A stretch of DNA of 63,608 bases, counting the filler, from Nitrospinota bacterium (lineage in GTDB: Bacteria; JADFOP01): the NCBI GenBank assembly GCA_022562795.1. It is 3 parts of 3 records of this genome, joined end to end, with 100 filler letters (N's around TTAATTAATTAA, not from the genome) between each part and the next. Parts side by side here need not be neighbours in the genome. Positions count along the whole stretch, not along the records: positions 1 to 22,100 come from JADFOP010000038.1; 2 more parts are not named here. The stretch is one strand, 5' to 3'. Position 1 is the first letter of the stretch. Every line of letters begins with the position of its first letter. The position numbers and the translations under genes were made by a program. Below, piece after piece: positions 1 through 10,092 of the stretch. The notes beneath the pieces were generated by a model, which saw nothing but the letters and a program-made list of their open reading frames with translations, searched no databases and was not told where the DNA came from.

Positions 1-1
1 G

Positions 2-1477
2 ATGACGATCCATCCGCCCACGCTGTACTTGGGGTTCACCGCGTTCACGATTCCGTTCGCTTTCGCGATGTCGGCGCTGCTGAGCGGGAAGCTGGATACA
101 CGCTGGATCCTGATCACGCGGCGCTGGATCCTGCTGTCGTGGTTCTTCTTGGCGAACGGCATCATCTTCGGCATGCGCTGGGCGTATGAGATGCTCGGCT
201 GGGGCGGATTCTGGTTCTGGGATCCAGTGGAGAACGCGTCTCTGTTGCCCTGGCTGACGGCGACGGCCTTCCTCCACTCGGTGATGATTCAAGAGAAGCG
301 CGGGATGCTGAAGACCTGGAACGTTGTGCTAATCATCCTCACGTTTTCGCTTTGCCTGTTTGGAACCTTCCTCACCCGAAGCGGCATCCTCTCGTCGGTC
401 CACGCTTTCAGCGACTCCAATCTCGGAGCCTACTTCTTAGGCTTCATCGCTCTCGTTCTCCTAGTTTCTTACGGGCTTGTCCTCCATCGGGGCTCTGCCA
501 TGAGAAGTGAGGCTAAGATGGAGAGCTTTCTCTCGCGGGAGACTAGTTTCCTCTTCAACAACCTCCTGCTCGTGGTTGCGGCCTTCACCGTGTTTCTGGG
601 CACGACCTTCCCCATCATCGCCGAGGCGGTGACCGGCAAGAAAGTCTCCGTGGGCGCCCCATTTTTCAACGCCGTCCTTGGGCCCATCTTGCTGGGCCTA
701 ATGTTTTTCATGGGCGTGGGACCCCTCATCTCTTGGCGGCGGGCCACGGCCGAGAACCTTCGCCGCAACTTTCTGAGACCCCTTTCGGCAGGGGCTCTCG
801 TGGCCGCCTTACTGGCGGCCTTTGGGGTCCGCTCGGCCTTCGTGCTCCTCTTCTTTGGCCTTGGAACCTTCGTGCTGACAACCGTCGCCATAGAGTTCAT
901 CCTCGGCGCCCGCGCCCGCCGATCTCTAAGTGGCGGGAAGACGGGCTACGCAAGGTCCCTTATCGGCTTAATTGCCAAGAACCGCCGCCGCTACGGCGGG
1001 CTCATCGTCCACGTGGGGATCATATGCGTGCTGATAGGAATTATCGGAAGCGCCCTCTTCTCCCGGCATATCGAGGCCCGCCTCGCTCCGGGCCACTCCA
1101 TCTCTCTTGGCGAATACCGACTGCAGTACGACAGTCTCGGGGCAACCCACCTGGGCAACGCAGTGGGCGTTCATGCCCTCTTTACCGTCTACAAAGGCAA
1201 CGACGGTCGGCCGATGGCGTTATTAAAACCTGAGAAGCGATTCTACCTGGTTGGCGGAGGGGATCCCACCACTGAGGTGGCCATTCGCTCGACGTTCCGC
1301 GAGGACCTCTACCTCGTCCTGGCCGAATTCGACCGAAATACCCAGGCGATCACCGTCAAGGCCATAATCAACCCCCTGGTGGTCTGGACTTGGTTGGGCC
1401 TCGCCATCATCACCCTGGGGGCGGTGGTGGCTGCGATCCCTTCCCGAACCCGGTTCTTCAGGCCCACCCAGCCCTGA
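2..1477 (+). CDS. ccmF: Heme lyase CcmF/NrfE family (5' truncated by window edge)
   Basis: IHPP motif, WWD-like WGGFWFWDPVEN, TRSG..SVHAF, C-terminal P(L/V)V.W.W.G; many TM segments. Confidence 0.95.
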   Translation: MTIHPPTLYLGFTAFTIPFAFAMSALLSGKLDTRWILITRRWILLSWFFLANGIIFGMRWAYEMLGWGGFWFWDPVENASLLPWLTATAFLHSVMIQEKRGMLKTWNVVLIILTFSLCLFGTFLTRSGILSSVHAFSDSNLGAYFLGFIALVLLVSYGLVLHRGSAMRSEAKMESFLSRETSFLFNNLLLVVAAFTVFLGTTFPIIAEAVTGKKVSVGAPFFNAVLGPILLGLMFFMGVGPLISWRRATAENLRRNFLRPLSAGALVAALLAAFGVRSAFVLLFFGLGTFVLTTVAIEFILGARARRSLSGGKTGYARSLIGLIAKNRRRYGGLIVHVGIICVLIGIIGSALFSRHIEARLAPGHSISLGEYRLQYDSLGATHLGNAVGVHALFTVYKGNDGRPMALLKPEKRFYLVGGGDPTTEVAIRSTFREDLYLVLAEFDRNTQAITVKAIINPLVVWTWLGLAIITLGAVVAAIPSRTRFFRPTQP

Positions 1478-1493
1478 GCGGGAGGCCCTCGCA

Positions 1494-2012
1494 GTGTGGA
1501 AGAAAATTCTCGTGCCAGCAGCTCTCGTGGGGCTCATAGCTGTTTTCGCTATCGGGCTGACCCTCGATCCCCGGGCCGTCCCCTCCCCCCTGGTCCACCA
1601 GGCGGCCCCCATGTTCTCCATGACGACCTTCGAAGGAGAGCCCTTCACCCTTGCCGACCACCGCGGAAAGATCGTCGTGCTCAACTTCTGGGCCTCTTGG
1701 TGCTACCCGTCGTGCTACGAGGAGGCCCCCGTGCTGGAAGCGACGTGGCAGGCGTTTCGCGACAACGCCGTGGTGGTGGTGGGAGTGGACATCCAGGATA
1801 CCGAGGAAGCGGCCCGGGCCTTTATCGACCAATTCAAGCTCACATTCCCCAATGGGCGAGACATCACGGGAAAGATATCCATCGACTACGGAATCTACGG
1901 CGTGCCGGAGACCTTTATCATCGACCGGCAAGGCAAGATCGTCTTTAAGAGGGCGGGAGCAGTTCAATGGGAGACCTTGGCGAAGGCCTTAGAGCCGCTG
2001 CTGCGGGGCTAG
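1494..2012 (+). CDS. ccmG: TlpA/CcmG-like thiol-disulfide oxidoreductase
   Basis: N-terminal TM, LNFWASWCYPSC (CxxxC variant), YGVPETF.ID..G cis-Pro loop; in ccm operon. Confidence 0.85.
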   Translation: MWKKILVPAALVGLIAVFAIGLTLDPRAVPSPLVHQAAPMFSMTTFEGEPFTLADHRGKIVVLNFWASWCYPSCYEEAPVLEATWQAFRDNAVVVVGVDIQDTEEAARAFIDQFKLTFPNGRDITGKISIDYGIYGVPETFIIDRQGKIVFKRAGAVQWETLAKALEPLLRG

Positions 2013-2506
2013 TCCTGGCCGTAGGGCTTATTGCCCTCGCAATTCCGGCCGGCGCCGCCCAACGGGGCGAAGCCACAATCCCCGCGCCCGCAAGCCCCGA
2101 GGATATTACTCTGGACCCAATGGTGGTCGAGGTGGCTAAGGAGCTGCGCTGCCCCATATGCCAGAATCTCTCTGTCGCTGATAGCCCCACGGAGCTGGCC
2201 ACCCAGATGCGTTCGCTCATCGCCGAGAAGCTCGCGGCCGGAGATAGCCCCGATACCATCAAGGCTTACTTCACGTCCAAGTACGGCGATTGGGTGCTCC
2301 TGAGACCAAAGCGGGAGGGATTTACGTGGCTTATATGGCTGCTGCCCGTGGCGGGCCTGCTCGTCGGTGGCGTTGCTGTGGTGCTCTTCACCCGCCACTC
2401 CATTAAGCAGCGGGAGGTGTCGGCGAGGGAAACCTCTAAGGAGCCCCCGGAGACTGGGGACTTCGCCCGAAGGCTCGCCAAAGAGATGGAGGAGTTTGAC
2501 GCATGA
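1967..2506 (+). CDS. ccmH: Cytochrome c biogenesis protein CcmH/CcmL
   Basis: LRCPICQN motif, KYGDWVLLRP, C-terminal TM. Confidence 0.92.
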   Translation: MGDLGEGLRAAAAGLVLAVGLIALAIPAGAAQRGEATIPAPASPEDITLDPMVVEVAKELRCPICQNLSVADSPTELATQMRSLIAEKLAAGDSPDTIKAYFTSKYGDWVLLRPKREGFTWLIWLLPVAGLLVGGVAVVLFTRHSIKQREVSARETSKEPPETGDFARRLAKEMEEFDA

Positions 2507-2907
2507 GCATCTTGATTCTGGCCGCTCAAGGGCTCCTGGCCGCCGGAGTGCTGGCCGCTATCGCCTACCCCCTCCTCGACCGGCAGGTGGAGGGAGCCCG
2601 TGGCACGGGGGAGGACGGCGAGAAGGAGGCAGCGCGTGAAGCTCTCCTCGCGCAAAAGCACCTCACCTACGAGGACCTGAAAGATCTGGATTTCGAACTG
2701 GCCTGCGGCAAGCTTTCGGAGGCCGATTATCAGGCGATGAAGCAGGAGATGGAAGCCGAAGCCATTAGACTCCTGAAGGAGCTTGATGCTCTCGAGGGCG
2801 AAGGAGGGCAGGCCCCTGATCCCGACCAACACACCTGTCCCTCCTGCGGGCGCGCGACCGAGCCCCATAAATCCTTTTGTCCCGGCTGCGGCGTTAAGCT
2901 GCGGTAA
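2503..2907 (+). CDS. CcmI-like N-terminal domain plus C-terminal zinc ribbon
   Basis: TM then LKDLDFELACGKLSEADY pattern; CPSCG...FCPGCG; ATGA overlap with ccmH. Confidence 0.7.
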   Translation: MSILILAAQGLLAAGVLAAIAYPLLDRQVEGARGTGEDGEKEAAREALLAQKHLTYEDLKDLDFELACGKLSEADYQAMKQEMEAEAIRLLKELDALEGEGGQAPDPDQHTCPSCGRATEPHKSFCPGCGVKLR

Positions 2908-2926
2908 TCCTCCCTTGCAGCGGCCC

Positions 2927-4309
2927 ATGATTCCACACCGAATCACCAACGCTTTCACCCGCAGGATTATTAACTGCGCCATCGCAATTACGGCGGGTCT
3001 CGTTCTCGGCGGGTGCGCCTCGAACATCAAGCGCGACCTCGGCATTCTAAAGACCCACCCCGACTGGCGCCACCGTATGCTCGCGGCCGAGCGGCTGGCC
3101 TGGAGGGGCTCGCCAGATGTGGCGCCGGCCCTTATAGATTCAATGAAGTCCGATGAAGAGCTCTTCGTTCGCAATACGGCTGCGCAAGGCCTTGCGCGCC
3201 TCAAGGACCCCCGGGCCGTCGAGCCCCTCATCTCAACCATGCTGCAGGATATTGCCGTTCGCGAAGAGGCAACAAAGGCTCTTGCGGCCATTGATGGGCC
3301 CACCGTTGAGGCCCGCCTGAAGAGCCTCGCCCGCGATAAGGACCCCATAACCCGAGAGTACTCAATGGAGGGCTTGGCCCTCCTGAACACTGATGGCCAC
3401 CTGACGGACTTCATCGAGGAGACAATGGCGGACCCAAGCCCGTCGGTGCGCCGCCAGGCCGTTCGCGCCCTTCGTGCCACATCTCATCCCGGGTCCAAGC
3501 CAGCCGACCCCCTCGTCAGGTTTCTTCTCTCCTATGACGAGGTAACGCGGGCACATGCGGCCGAGGATATGGGCCTGACTCAAGATGGTCTATACGTTCC
3601 ACTGTTGGTCGAGGCCGCAGCGGGTGATCGGTCCGAGAGTGTACGCCGGGCAGCCTGCGGGGCCTTAGGGCGGATTGGGTCGGACGAGGCGACCGACGCC
3701 CTGATACGACTGCTCGATGATCGCTGGGCGCCCGTCGAGGCGGTGCTCAGAGGCCTCGCTCAAACCGGCCGGGATCGGGCCGTGGAGCCCATCATCGCCC
3801 TCTACGACCGTGAGGGCTTCCCCAGAACGGAAGCAGTGAGGGCTTTGAAAGAGCTTGACGGGCCTCGGGTGACAGAGTTCTTTCAGGAGCGGCTCCTCAC
3901 CGAGCGCGGCGCGGTGCGGCGGGCCATCATTGACGCTATGGCGGAGATGCGCGATCGGGCCGCTGCCCAGGCGCTAATCGCCACCTTCGTCAGTGATCCC
4001 GCCAGTCAGGTGCGGGTGGTGCGGGTCCTTGAAAAGATCGGCGGTGAGGAGGTTATTCAGTTCTTGGCCCGCGCGGCGGTGGACCCAGAGGTAAACCCGG
4101 CTGCACGGCGGGCGGCGGTCCAGGCCCTCAAGCAAGAGGGAGGCGATGCCACGGCAGAGCTTCTTAGAGAGGCGGCCTTAAGTCAGCGGCCATCCGTGGC
4201 TAGGGCGGCCCGAGAGGCTATGAAGGCCCTAAGACTCACACCGCCCCTAAAGCCACCCGACTTAGAGGAGTTGCGCCCGCTCCAGTTCAGGCCACCGCCG
4301 CCGCGATGA
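2927..4309 (+). CDS. HEAT/PBS-lyase repeat lipoprotein
   Basis: Lipobox-like LVLGGC; repeated VR..AA.ALG / AVEPLI helical repeats; start chosen at ATG 2927. Confidence 0.75.
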   Translation: MIPHRITNAFTRRIINCAIAITAGLVLGGCASNIKRDLGILKTHPDWRHRMLAAERLAWRGSPDVAPALIDSMKSDEELFVRNTAAQGLARLKDPRAVEPLISTMLQDIAVREEATKALAAIDGPTVEARLKSLARDKDPITREYSMEGLALLNTDGHLTDFIEETMADPSPSVRRQAVRALRATSHPGSKPADPLVRFLLSYDEVTRAHAAEDMGLTQDGLYVPLLVEAAAGDRSESVRRAACGALGRIGSDEATDALIRLLDDRWAPVEAVLRGLAQTGRDRAVEPIIALYDREGFPRTEAVRALKELDGPRVTEFFQERLLTERGAVRRAIIDAMAEMRDRAAAQALIATFVSDPASQVRVVRVLEKIGGEEVIQFLARAAVDPEVNPAARRAAVQALKQEGGDATAELLREAALSQRPSVARAAREAMKALRLTPPLKPPDLEELRPLQFRPPPPR

Positions 4310-5105
4310 GAATCAAGAGTCCCACCAGCCAGCAGTATGGCGCGAAGGCAGACAGCCGCCCGGCCGCCACGGTGCGAAGGACAATCCTAAGCGCCACGTA
4401 GCCCATTGCGAACGCCAAGATCATTGCGATGAGAATGGGCCCCAGACCAGTAGGACTCAGTCCGCCCTTGAATGCTCCCAACATCACCGCCCCGCCTATC
4501 GCGGGAATGCCGAGCAGGAGGCTGTAGCGGGCAGCAAGCTCCCTCTCCAGCCCGAGGAATAGGGCAACGGCAATCGTCACTCCCGTCCTGCTGATGCCAG
4601 GGACCAGAGCGCATCCCTGGACGGCGCCGATGAGGAGTGCATCCGACCAGCCCATGGCTTCCATCTTGCGGCGTCCCGGTTGTAGCCGCCTGGTGGCCCA
4701 AAGCAGCAACCCGGTTACCATGAGCATCGCCCCCACCCTTGCTGGCTCGGCAAAAAGCCGCTCCAGAGGATGGAGGAATAGGAGCCCAATGACCACAGTG
4801 GGGACCATCCCAACGAACAGGAGGAAAACGAAGCGGCGTCCCTCAACACGCTTGGCCGGATTGAGGTTGGAAGTCCTCCCGAGAGGAGCCGGCCTAATGG
4901 AACGCCAGAGCCACGCCAAATCGGCCTTGAAGACCACCGCCAGGGAGCCAAGAGTAGCGAGGTGGACCATGACGTCAAAGAAAAGCACCGGCTCACGGAA
5001 TCCGAGCAGGGCCTGGGCCACTACGAGATGGCCCGAGGAAGAGACAGGCAAGAATTCCGTCAGCCCTTGGACTATCCCCAGGGTGAGCGCTTCCCAGGTT
5101 CCCAT
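4287..5105 (-). CDS. uppP: Undecaprenyl-diphosphate phosphatase
   Basis: QGLTEFLPVSSSGH and PGISRTG.T motifs. Confidence 0.95.
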   Translation of the reverse strand: MGTWEALTLGIVQGLTEFLPVSSSGHLVVAQALLGFREPVLFFDVMVHLATLGSLAVVFKADLAWLWRSIRPAPLGRTSNLNPAKRVEGRRFVFLLFVGMVPTVVIGLLFLHPLERLFAEPARVGAMLMVTGLLLWATRRLQPGRRKMEAMGWSDALLIGAVQGCALVPGISRTGVTIAVALFLGLERELAARYSLLLGIPAIGGAVMLGAFKGGLSPTGLGPILIAMILAFAMGYVALRIVLRTVAAGRLSAFAPYCWLVGLLILIAAAVA

Positions 5106-5126
5106 TGGTTCCTATTCTTCGAAGAA

Positions 5127-6209
5127 TCAGAGATAGCGGCCGAGGCCCCTGGCCTGAAGGTCCTCTACCAACCGCCCGACATCTTGGTCCCTCTCTTTGG
5201 GACATACGAGGACCACGTCGTCGGTCACAACGACGATGAGATTATCCACACCGATTGTGGCTACGAGGCGGCGGGGGGAGAAGACGACGTTTCCCGCCGA
5301 CTCAAACCCCAGGTGTTCGCCTTCTACCACATTTCCCTCCTCGTTTGCACCTAGCACGTCGGCCAAGCTCTTCCAGCTGCCTACGTCAGTCCAGCCCACA
5401 TCGCAGGGAATGACGAGGGCGGTTTCAGCCCTCTCCATAACCCCGTAGTCGATGGAGACGGCCGGCAGCCGCGGGTAGATATCCTTCAGGCGCCTGGAGG
5501 CGTTACGCCGGCCGAGGATTCCATCTATGGCCTCCAGGCCCTGGGACATCTCCGGCAGATGGGTATCAAAGGCCGACCTTATGGCGTCAACTTTCCAGAG
5601 GAACATCCCTCCGTTCCAGAGGTAGCGGGGGCTCTTGACGTAGCGGCGGGCGGTGGCGAGGCCGGGCTTCTCGACGAAGGCCGCCACGGCGTAGACGGGA
5701 CGGTTCCCGGTTCGGGCTACCTCTGGTCCCAGTTTGATGTATCCGTATCCTGTGGCCGGACGGGTCGGCTGCATGCCGAAGGTTATGAGGGCCTCGGGGC
5801 GAGAGCTTAGGAGCCGGGCGGCCCCCTTGAGTAGGCTACGGAAATCGCGCTCCTTGGAGATGACGTGGTCAGCCGGGAAAACTCCCATCGTCGCCCCCTC
5901 CTCCCGCCTGGCAATTTCACATGTTGCGAATCCTATGCAGGGGGCTGTGTTTCGACCCTCGGGCTCGGCCAGGATGTTCTCCCGTGGGATGTCAGGGAAT
6001 TGGCGGCGGATTGTTCGGGCATGCTCAACCCCTGTGACGATGAGAAGCTGCTCGGGCGGGATGAGGGGCTTAAGTCGCTCGACCGTCCGCCTTAATAGCG
6101 TCTCGGAACCAAGAAACTTCATGAGCTGCTTCGGCATCCGCCGGCGGCTCAGGGGCCAAAATCGGGTTCCACGACCACCCGCCATGATAACGCCGTAAAG
6201 GGTAGACAA
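5127..6209 (-). CDS. manC: Mannose-1-phosphate guanylyltransferase
   Basis: MAGGRGTRFWPLSR..PKQ, EP.GRNTAPCI, FVEKP, SIDYGVME, WTDVGSW. Confidence 0.93.
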   Translation of the reverse strand: MSTLYGVIMAGGRGTRFWPLSRRRMPKQLMKFLGSETLLRRTVERLKPLIPPEQLLIVTGVEHARTIRRQFPDIPRENILAEPEGRNTAPCIGFATCEIARREEGATMGVFPADHVISKERDFRSLLKGAARLLSSRPEALITFGMQPTRPATGYGYIKLGPEVARTGNRPVYAVAAFVEKPGLATARRYVKSPRYLWNGGMFLWKVDAIRSAFDTHLPEMSQGLEAIDGILGRRNASRRLKDIYPRLPAVSIDYGVMERAETALVIPCDVGWTDVGSWKSLADVLGANEEGNVVEGEHLGFESAGNVVFSPRRLVATIGVDNLIVVVTDDVVLVCPKERDQDVGRLVEDLQARGLGRYL

Positions 6210-6221
6210 CGCAGCGGCCCC

Positions 6222-6857
6222 TCAAGAAGTTTCGCGGGTCTGGACCGGCTCGGGCGAGGACTTCCAGGGCGTCGGGAGCAAGCGCAGGGCTAGGAAACCG
6301 CCCAACAGAAGGAGAACAAAAAGTAGGCTCGTCCATGCAAGGTGCTTTGCTAGAAGGGACTGAATTTGAGGGCCAAAGATCAGGATGAGCCCACCGATGA
6401 GGAAGAACCGCCCGCCTCGACCCACGCACGAGGCGAGAACGAAGAGGCGAAAGTTAATGTAGAAGGCACCCGCGGCGATGGTGAAGACCTTGTAGGGGAT
6501 GGGGGTGAAGCCAGCAATCCCGATGGCCCAGGCGTTATAGCGGTCGAAGTAGTTGTGGATGGCGACGATCCTCTCTCGGGCTACGAACCGCTCCAGGAAG
6601 GGCTTGCCGCCCTTGAGGCCGATAAAGTAGCCGAACATCCCGCCGAGCACGCTCCCGACTGTGCAGATGGCAGCGTATAAGAGAGCCAGAGGGGGCTGGA
6701 GGATAGCCAACGGTATGAGCAGCACATCGGGCGGGATGGGGAAGAAAGAACTCTCGACGAAGGCCAGCGCGAAGAGCGCCAAAGCCCCGTAAGGGGTCTT
6801 TGCCCAATGGATGGTCCACTGAATAAGATCGCTTAGTATCGCTATCTCAAAGGACAT
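6222..6857 (-). CDS. YqaA/DedA (VTT domain) membrane protein
   Basis: ESSFFPIPPD and GFTPIPYKVFTIAAG; start trimmed to ATG at 6857. Confidence 0.88.
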   Translation of the reverse strand: MSFEIAILSDLIQWTIHWAKTPYGALALFALAFVESSFFPIPPDVLLIPLAILQPPLALLYAAICTVGSVLGGMFGYFIGLKGGKPFLERFVARERIVAIHNYFDRYNAWAIGIAGFTPIPYKVFTIAAGAFYINFRLFVLASCVGRGGRFFLIGGLILIFGPQIQSLLAKHLAWTSLLFVLLLLGGFLALRLLPTPWKSSPEPVQTRETS

Positions 6858-8229
6858 CAAGCCCCTCGACTTCGGGGTAGCGGCGCAACCGGGTGAGGAT
6901 GACCTCTTTCGCCCGCTCCATGGCTTCTTGGCTCGTCCCCTCGAAACGCAGCACCAACACCGGCTGCGTGTTGGAGGCGCGCACCAAGCCCCAGCCGTCT
7001 TCAAAATTCACCCGGGCGCCGTCCACGTCGAGCACATCGTAGCGCTCCTTGAAGTAGGCGGTCAGCTCCTCCACAAGGACGAACTTACGCTCTTCGGGAC
7101 AGGCCACACGGATTTCGGGAGTTGAGTAGGTCGGCGGCACATCGGCGAGCATGGCCGAGAGGCTCTGGCCGCTCGCCGCCAGGAGACGAAGGAGCCTGAG
7201 GGAGGCGTAAATAGCGTCATCGTAGCCAAAATACTCATCGGCGAAAAAGATGTGGCCGCTCATCTCGCCGGCGAGAAGGGCGCCCTCCTCCTTTAGCTTC
7301 TTTTTTATGGGGGAGTGGCCCGTCTTCCACATGATGCATCGGCCGCCGATGCGCTCCACCTCATCGACGAGCGTCTGGGAGCACTTTACCTCGCAGATGA
7401 TCGTCGCTCCCGGATGTCGTTTCAGGACGTCCCGCGCTGCCAAAAGCAGCAGCATATCGCCCCAGATGACCTCCCCGCGTTCGTCCACCACACCCACACG
7501 GTCTGCGTCCCCATCGTATCCGATCCCCACCTCATAGCCACCGGCGGTAACGGAGTCCTTGAGGTCTTGGATGTTGGCCTCTACCGTGGGGTCGGGATGG
7601 TGATTGGGAAAGGTGCCGTCGGGATCGCAGTAGAGCTCCTTGACCTCACAGCCTAGATGCCTCATTATCGTCGGCCCGACGATCCCACCGGTGCCGTTAC
7701 CGGCGTCCACAACCACCCGGACGGGCCGCTCAAGGGCGATGTTCTTCGTGCAGTACTCGATGTAGGGGCTTATAATGTCTGCCGTGGAGCAGCTGCCCCG
7801 ACCCGAAGGGAAGGAGCCTTTCTCCACGACGCTCCGAAACTCTTGAATTTCGGCGCCAGAGATGGTCGTCTTGCCTACGCATATTTTGAACCCATTGTAT
7901 TCAGGCGGGTTATGGCTTCCAGTAATCATCATCCCGCCGTCGAGATCGAGGTAATAAAGGGCGAAGTAGAGAAGGGGCGTGGGGATCAACCCAACATCAA
8001 CGACGTTTAAGCCCGTAGAAGTGATCCCCTCGATGAGGGCATCGCGGAAGAGAGGCGAGTGAAGCCGGGCGTCGTATCCCACCACGACGGTCTTCGCCCC
8101 GTTGGCGCCATGGTAAGCCCCGTAGGCTCGACCGATGGTCGTAACGACCGATGGCTCAAGGTCTTCGCCGACGATGCCTCGGATATCGTATTCCCGGAAG
8201 ATGCTTGGATTGATGGTGGACATGGACAA
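6847..8229 (-). CDS. Phosphomannomutase/phosphoglucomutase (AlgC-like)
   Basis: IFREYDIRG, TGSHNPPEYNG, DGDADR, GEMSGH, RASNTQP. Confidence 0.95.
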   Translation of the reverse strand: MSMSTINPSIFREYDIRGIVGEDLEPSVVTTIGRAYGAYHGANGAKTVVVGYDARLHSPLFRDALIEGITSTGLNVVDVGLIPTPLLYFALYYLDLDGGMMITGSHNPPEYNGFKICVGKTTISGAEIQEFRSVVEKGSFPSGRGSCSTADIISPYIEYCTKNIALERPVRVVVDAGNGTGGIVGPTIMRHLGCEVKELYCDPDGTFPNHHPDPTVEANIQDLKDSVTAGGYEVGIGYDGDADRVGVVDERGEVIWGDMLLLLAARDVLKRHPGATIICEVKCSQTLVDEVERIGGRCIMWKTGHSPIKKKLKEEGALLAGEMSGHIFFADEYFGYDDAIYASLRLLRLLAASGQSLSAMLADVPPTYSTPEIRVACPEERKFVLVEELTAYFKERYDVLDVDGARVNFEDGWGLVRASNTQPVLVLRFEGTSQEAMERAKEVILTRLRRYPEVEGLDVL

Positions 8230-8268
8230 TGGCTCCCACCGTAGGGCGCCCTCGGCTAAGGCGCCACA

Positions 8269-8296
8269 AGTATACCGGAGGCCATTGTAAAGTCAA
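8269..8296 (-). promoter_or_regulatory. Putative sigma70 promoter for PMM operon
   Basis: TTGACT-16bp-TATACT on minus strand upstream of PMM. Confidence 0.5.
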
Positions 8297-8330
8297 GGCA
8301 AGGGCCTGGCGCAGAGGACCCACTTTGGGG

Positions 8331-8359
8331 TTGAAAAGGACACGGGCCTATCCTATAAT
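8331..8359 (+). promoter_or_regulatory. Putative sigma70 promoter for plsC-trxB run
   Basis: TTGAAA-17bp-TATAAT. Confidence 0.7.
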
Positions 8360-8446
8360 GAAAGTTGTTTTAGAGTTGTGTAACTATATAGAAACAAAGG
8401 AGTTGAGGCCAGCGGTGGGGTATCGCCCTCCGCGGCATAGACAGTC

Positions 8447-9136
8447 ATGATCCATCGGACCTTCTTGCAGAAGCTCTGGCTCTTCATCGCGATCATAGTC
8501 GTCAATACCTTTGTGAGGCTCTTAGCACGTGTGGAGATTCAAGGCCGCGAGAACGTCCCCCACGGCGGGGGAGTGCTCCTTGTGGCCAACCACTGCTCGG
8601 CCCTGGACGTGTTGCTCCTCCCTATGGCCGTCATGACACGATGGCCTATTACTCCCATAGAGTTTATTATAGCGCCAGCGAAGGAGAAGTTCTTACGGAT
8701 TCCCGTAATAGGGGCAATCCTCCGCTCCTTGGGAGTATTCTCCATCAATCAGGGCAGCCGGGATTTCGTTTCCCTAGGGGGAATTGTGGAGCTTATGAAG
8801 ACCGAGAGGGTAATGCTCTTTCCCGAGGGGACCCGAAGCCCCGATGGTCAGCTCCAACCCGGCATGCGGAGCGCTGGCTGGCTCATCCATAAAGGACGGC
8901 CCCTGGTCATCCCAACGGCGCTCTTTGGCACCGAGAAGGTTTGGCCCAAACGGTGCATTTTGCCCCGGCCCTACGGCCGGGTGAAGGTGGTTTTTGGAAA
9001 ACCGTTGAATCTCGACCGATATTATGACCATCCCCATTCGCGGGAAGTTGCTCAGGAGGTGGTTGACGATATAATGGCCGCTATCGCCCAAATCAAATCA
9101 GCGGCCCGACCGGTTTGGGATACCAGCCCTCTATAA
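8447..9136 (+). CDS. plsC: 1-acyl-sn-glycerol-3-phosphate acyltransferase family
   Basis: NHCSALD (HX4D) and FPEGTRS motifs. Confidence 0.85.
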   Translation: MIHRTFLQKLWLFIAIIVVNTFVRLLARVEIQGRENVPHGGGVLLVANHCSALDVLLLPMAVMTRWPITPIEFIIAPAKEKFLRIPVIGAILRSLGVFSINQGSRDFVSLGGIVELMKTERVMLFPEGTRSPDGQLQPGMRSAGWLIHKGRPLVIPTALFGTEKVWPKRCILPRPYGRVKVVFGKPLNLDRYYDHPHSREVAQEVVDDIMAAIAQIKSAARPVWDTSPL

Positions 9137-9146
9137 GGAGCTCTCT

Positions 9147-10073
9147 ATGACCGAGGCCAACCGTTATGAACTTATCATCATTGGTGGGGGACCGGCGGGC
9201 CTCGCCGCCGGGCTCTACGCAGCGCGCGCCCGGATGAAGACCGTCTGCCTCGAGAGGCTGACACCTGGGGGCGCATTAGCGCTCACTGAAGACGTGGAAA
9301 ATTACCCCGGCTTCCGGGCTATCACGGGCCCCGACCTCGTCGAGAAGATGCTTGAGCACGCTAAGGACTTCGGAATGGAGCTGAGCTATAGTGATGCCAA
9401 CAGCATTGAGCTGGACGGTACGGACCGTATCGTCCACACCGACGAGGGGCCCTTCGTGGCCAAGGCAGTGCTCATAGCCAGTGGGGCGAAGATCAACAAG
9501 CTGGGCGTACCCGGTGAGGAGGAGTTCTCCGGCCGGGGGGTCTCGTACTGCGCCGTCTGCGATGGGGCCTTTTTCCGCGACCAGGATGTCGTCGTGGTGG
9601 GAGGGGGAGACGCCGCCATAGACGAGGGCCTTTACTTGACCCGACTTGTAGAGACCGTGACCGTAATTCATCGCCGCGACCAGTTGCGGGCGAGCAAGAT
9701 CCTACAGGAAAGGGCCTTTGCCAACGAAAAAGTCTCCTTTATGTGGGAAATGGTGGTCAGGGAGATTCACGGCAATGGGATGGTCAAAGAAATTTTGTTG
9801 GAGAACGTCAAGACTGCTGAGCAGTCCGTTCATCCCACAGATGGCCTCTTTGTCTACATCGGCTCGAAGCCCAACACAGACTTCGTTAAGGGCCTGGTAG
9901 AGATGGATGAGGCAGGCCATATAATCACCGACCTCCACATGCAGACCTCAGTACCGGGCATTTACGCGGCCGGCGATGTCCGAATAGACTCTTACCGCCA
10001 AGCGGTTACCGCCGGCGGCGATGGGTGCACCGCCGCCTTAGCCGCCGAAAAGTACATCGAATCGCTCCACTGA
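9147..10073 (+). CDS. trxB: Thioredoxin reductase
   Basis: GGGPAG, GVSYCAVCDG, HRRDQLRA, YAAGDV. Confidence 0.96.
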   Translation: MTEANRYELIIIGGGPAGLAAGLYAARARMKTVCLERLTPGGALALTEDVENYPGFRAITGPDLVEKMLEHAKDFGMELSYSDANSIELDGTDRIVHTDEGPFVAKAVLIASGAKINKLGVPGEEEFSGRGVSYCAVCDGAFFRDQDVVVVGGGDAAIDEGLYLTRLVETVTVIHRRDQLRASKILQERAFANEKVSFMWEMVVREIHGNGMVKEILLENVKTAEQSVHPTDGLFVYIGSKPNTDFVKGLVEMDEAGHIITDLHMQTSVPGIYAAGDVRIDSYRQAVTAGGDGCTAALAAEKYIESLH

Positions 10074-10092
10074 GGAAACGAGCTCGACTCCT

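Noticed and set aside
4575-4605. UppP motif variant PGISRTG instead of PGxSRSG
   Set aside because: Conservative Ser-to-Thr change; catalytic Glu/Ser/His/Arg are retained
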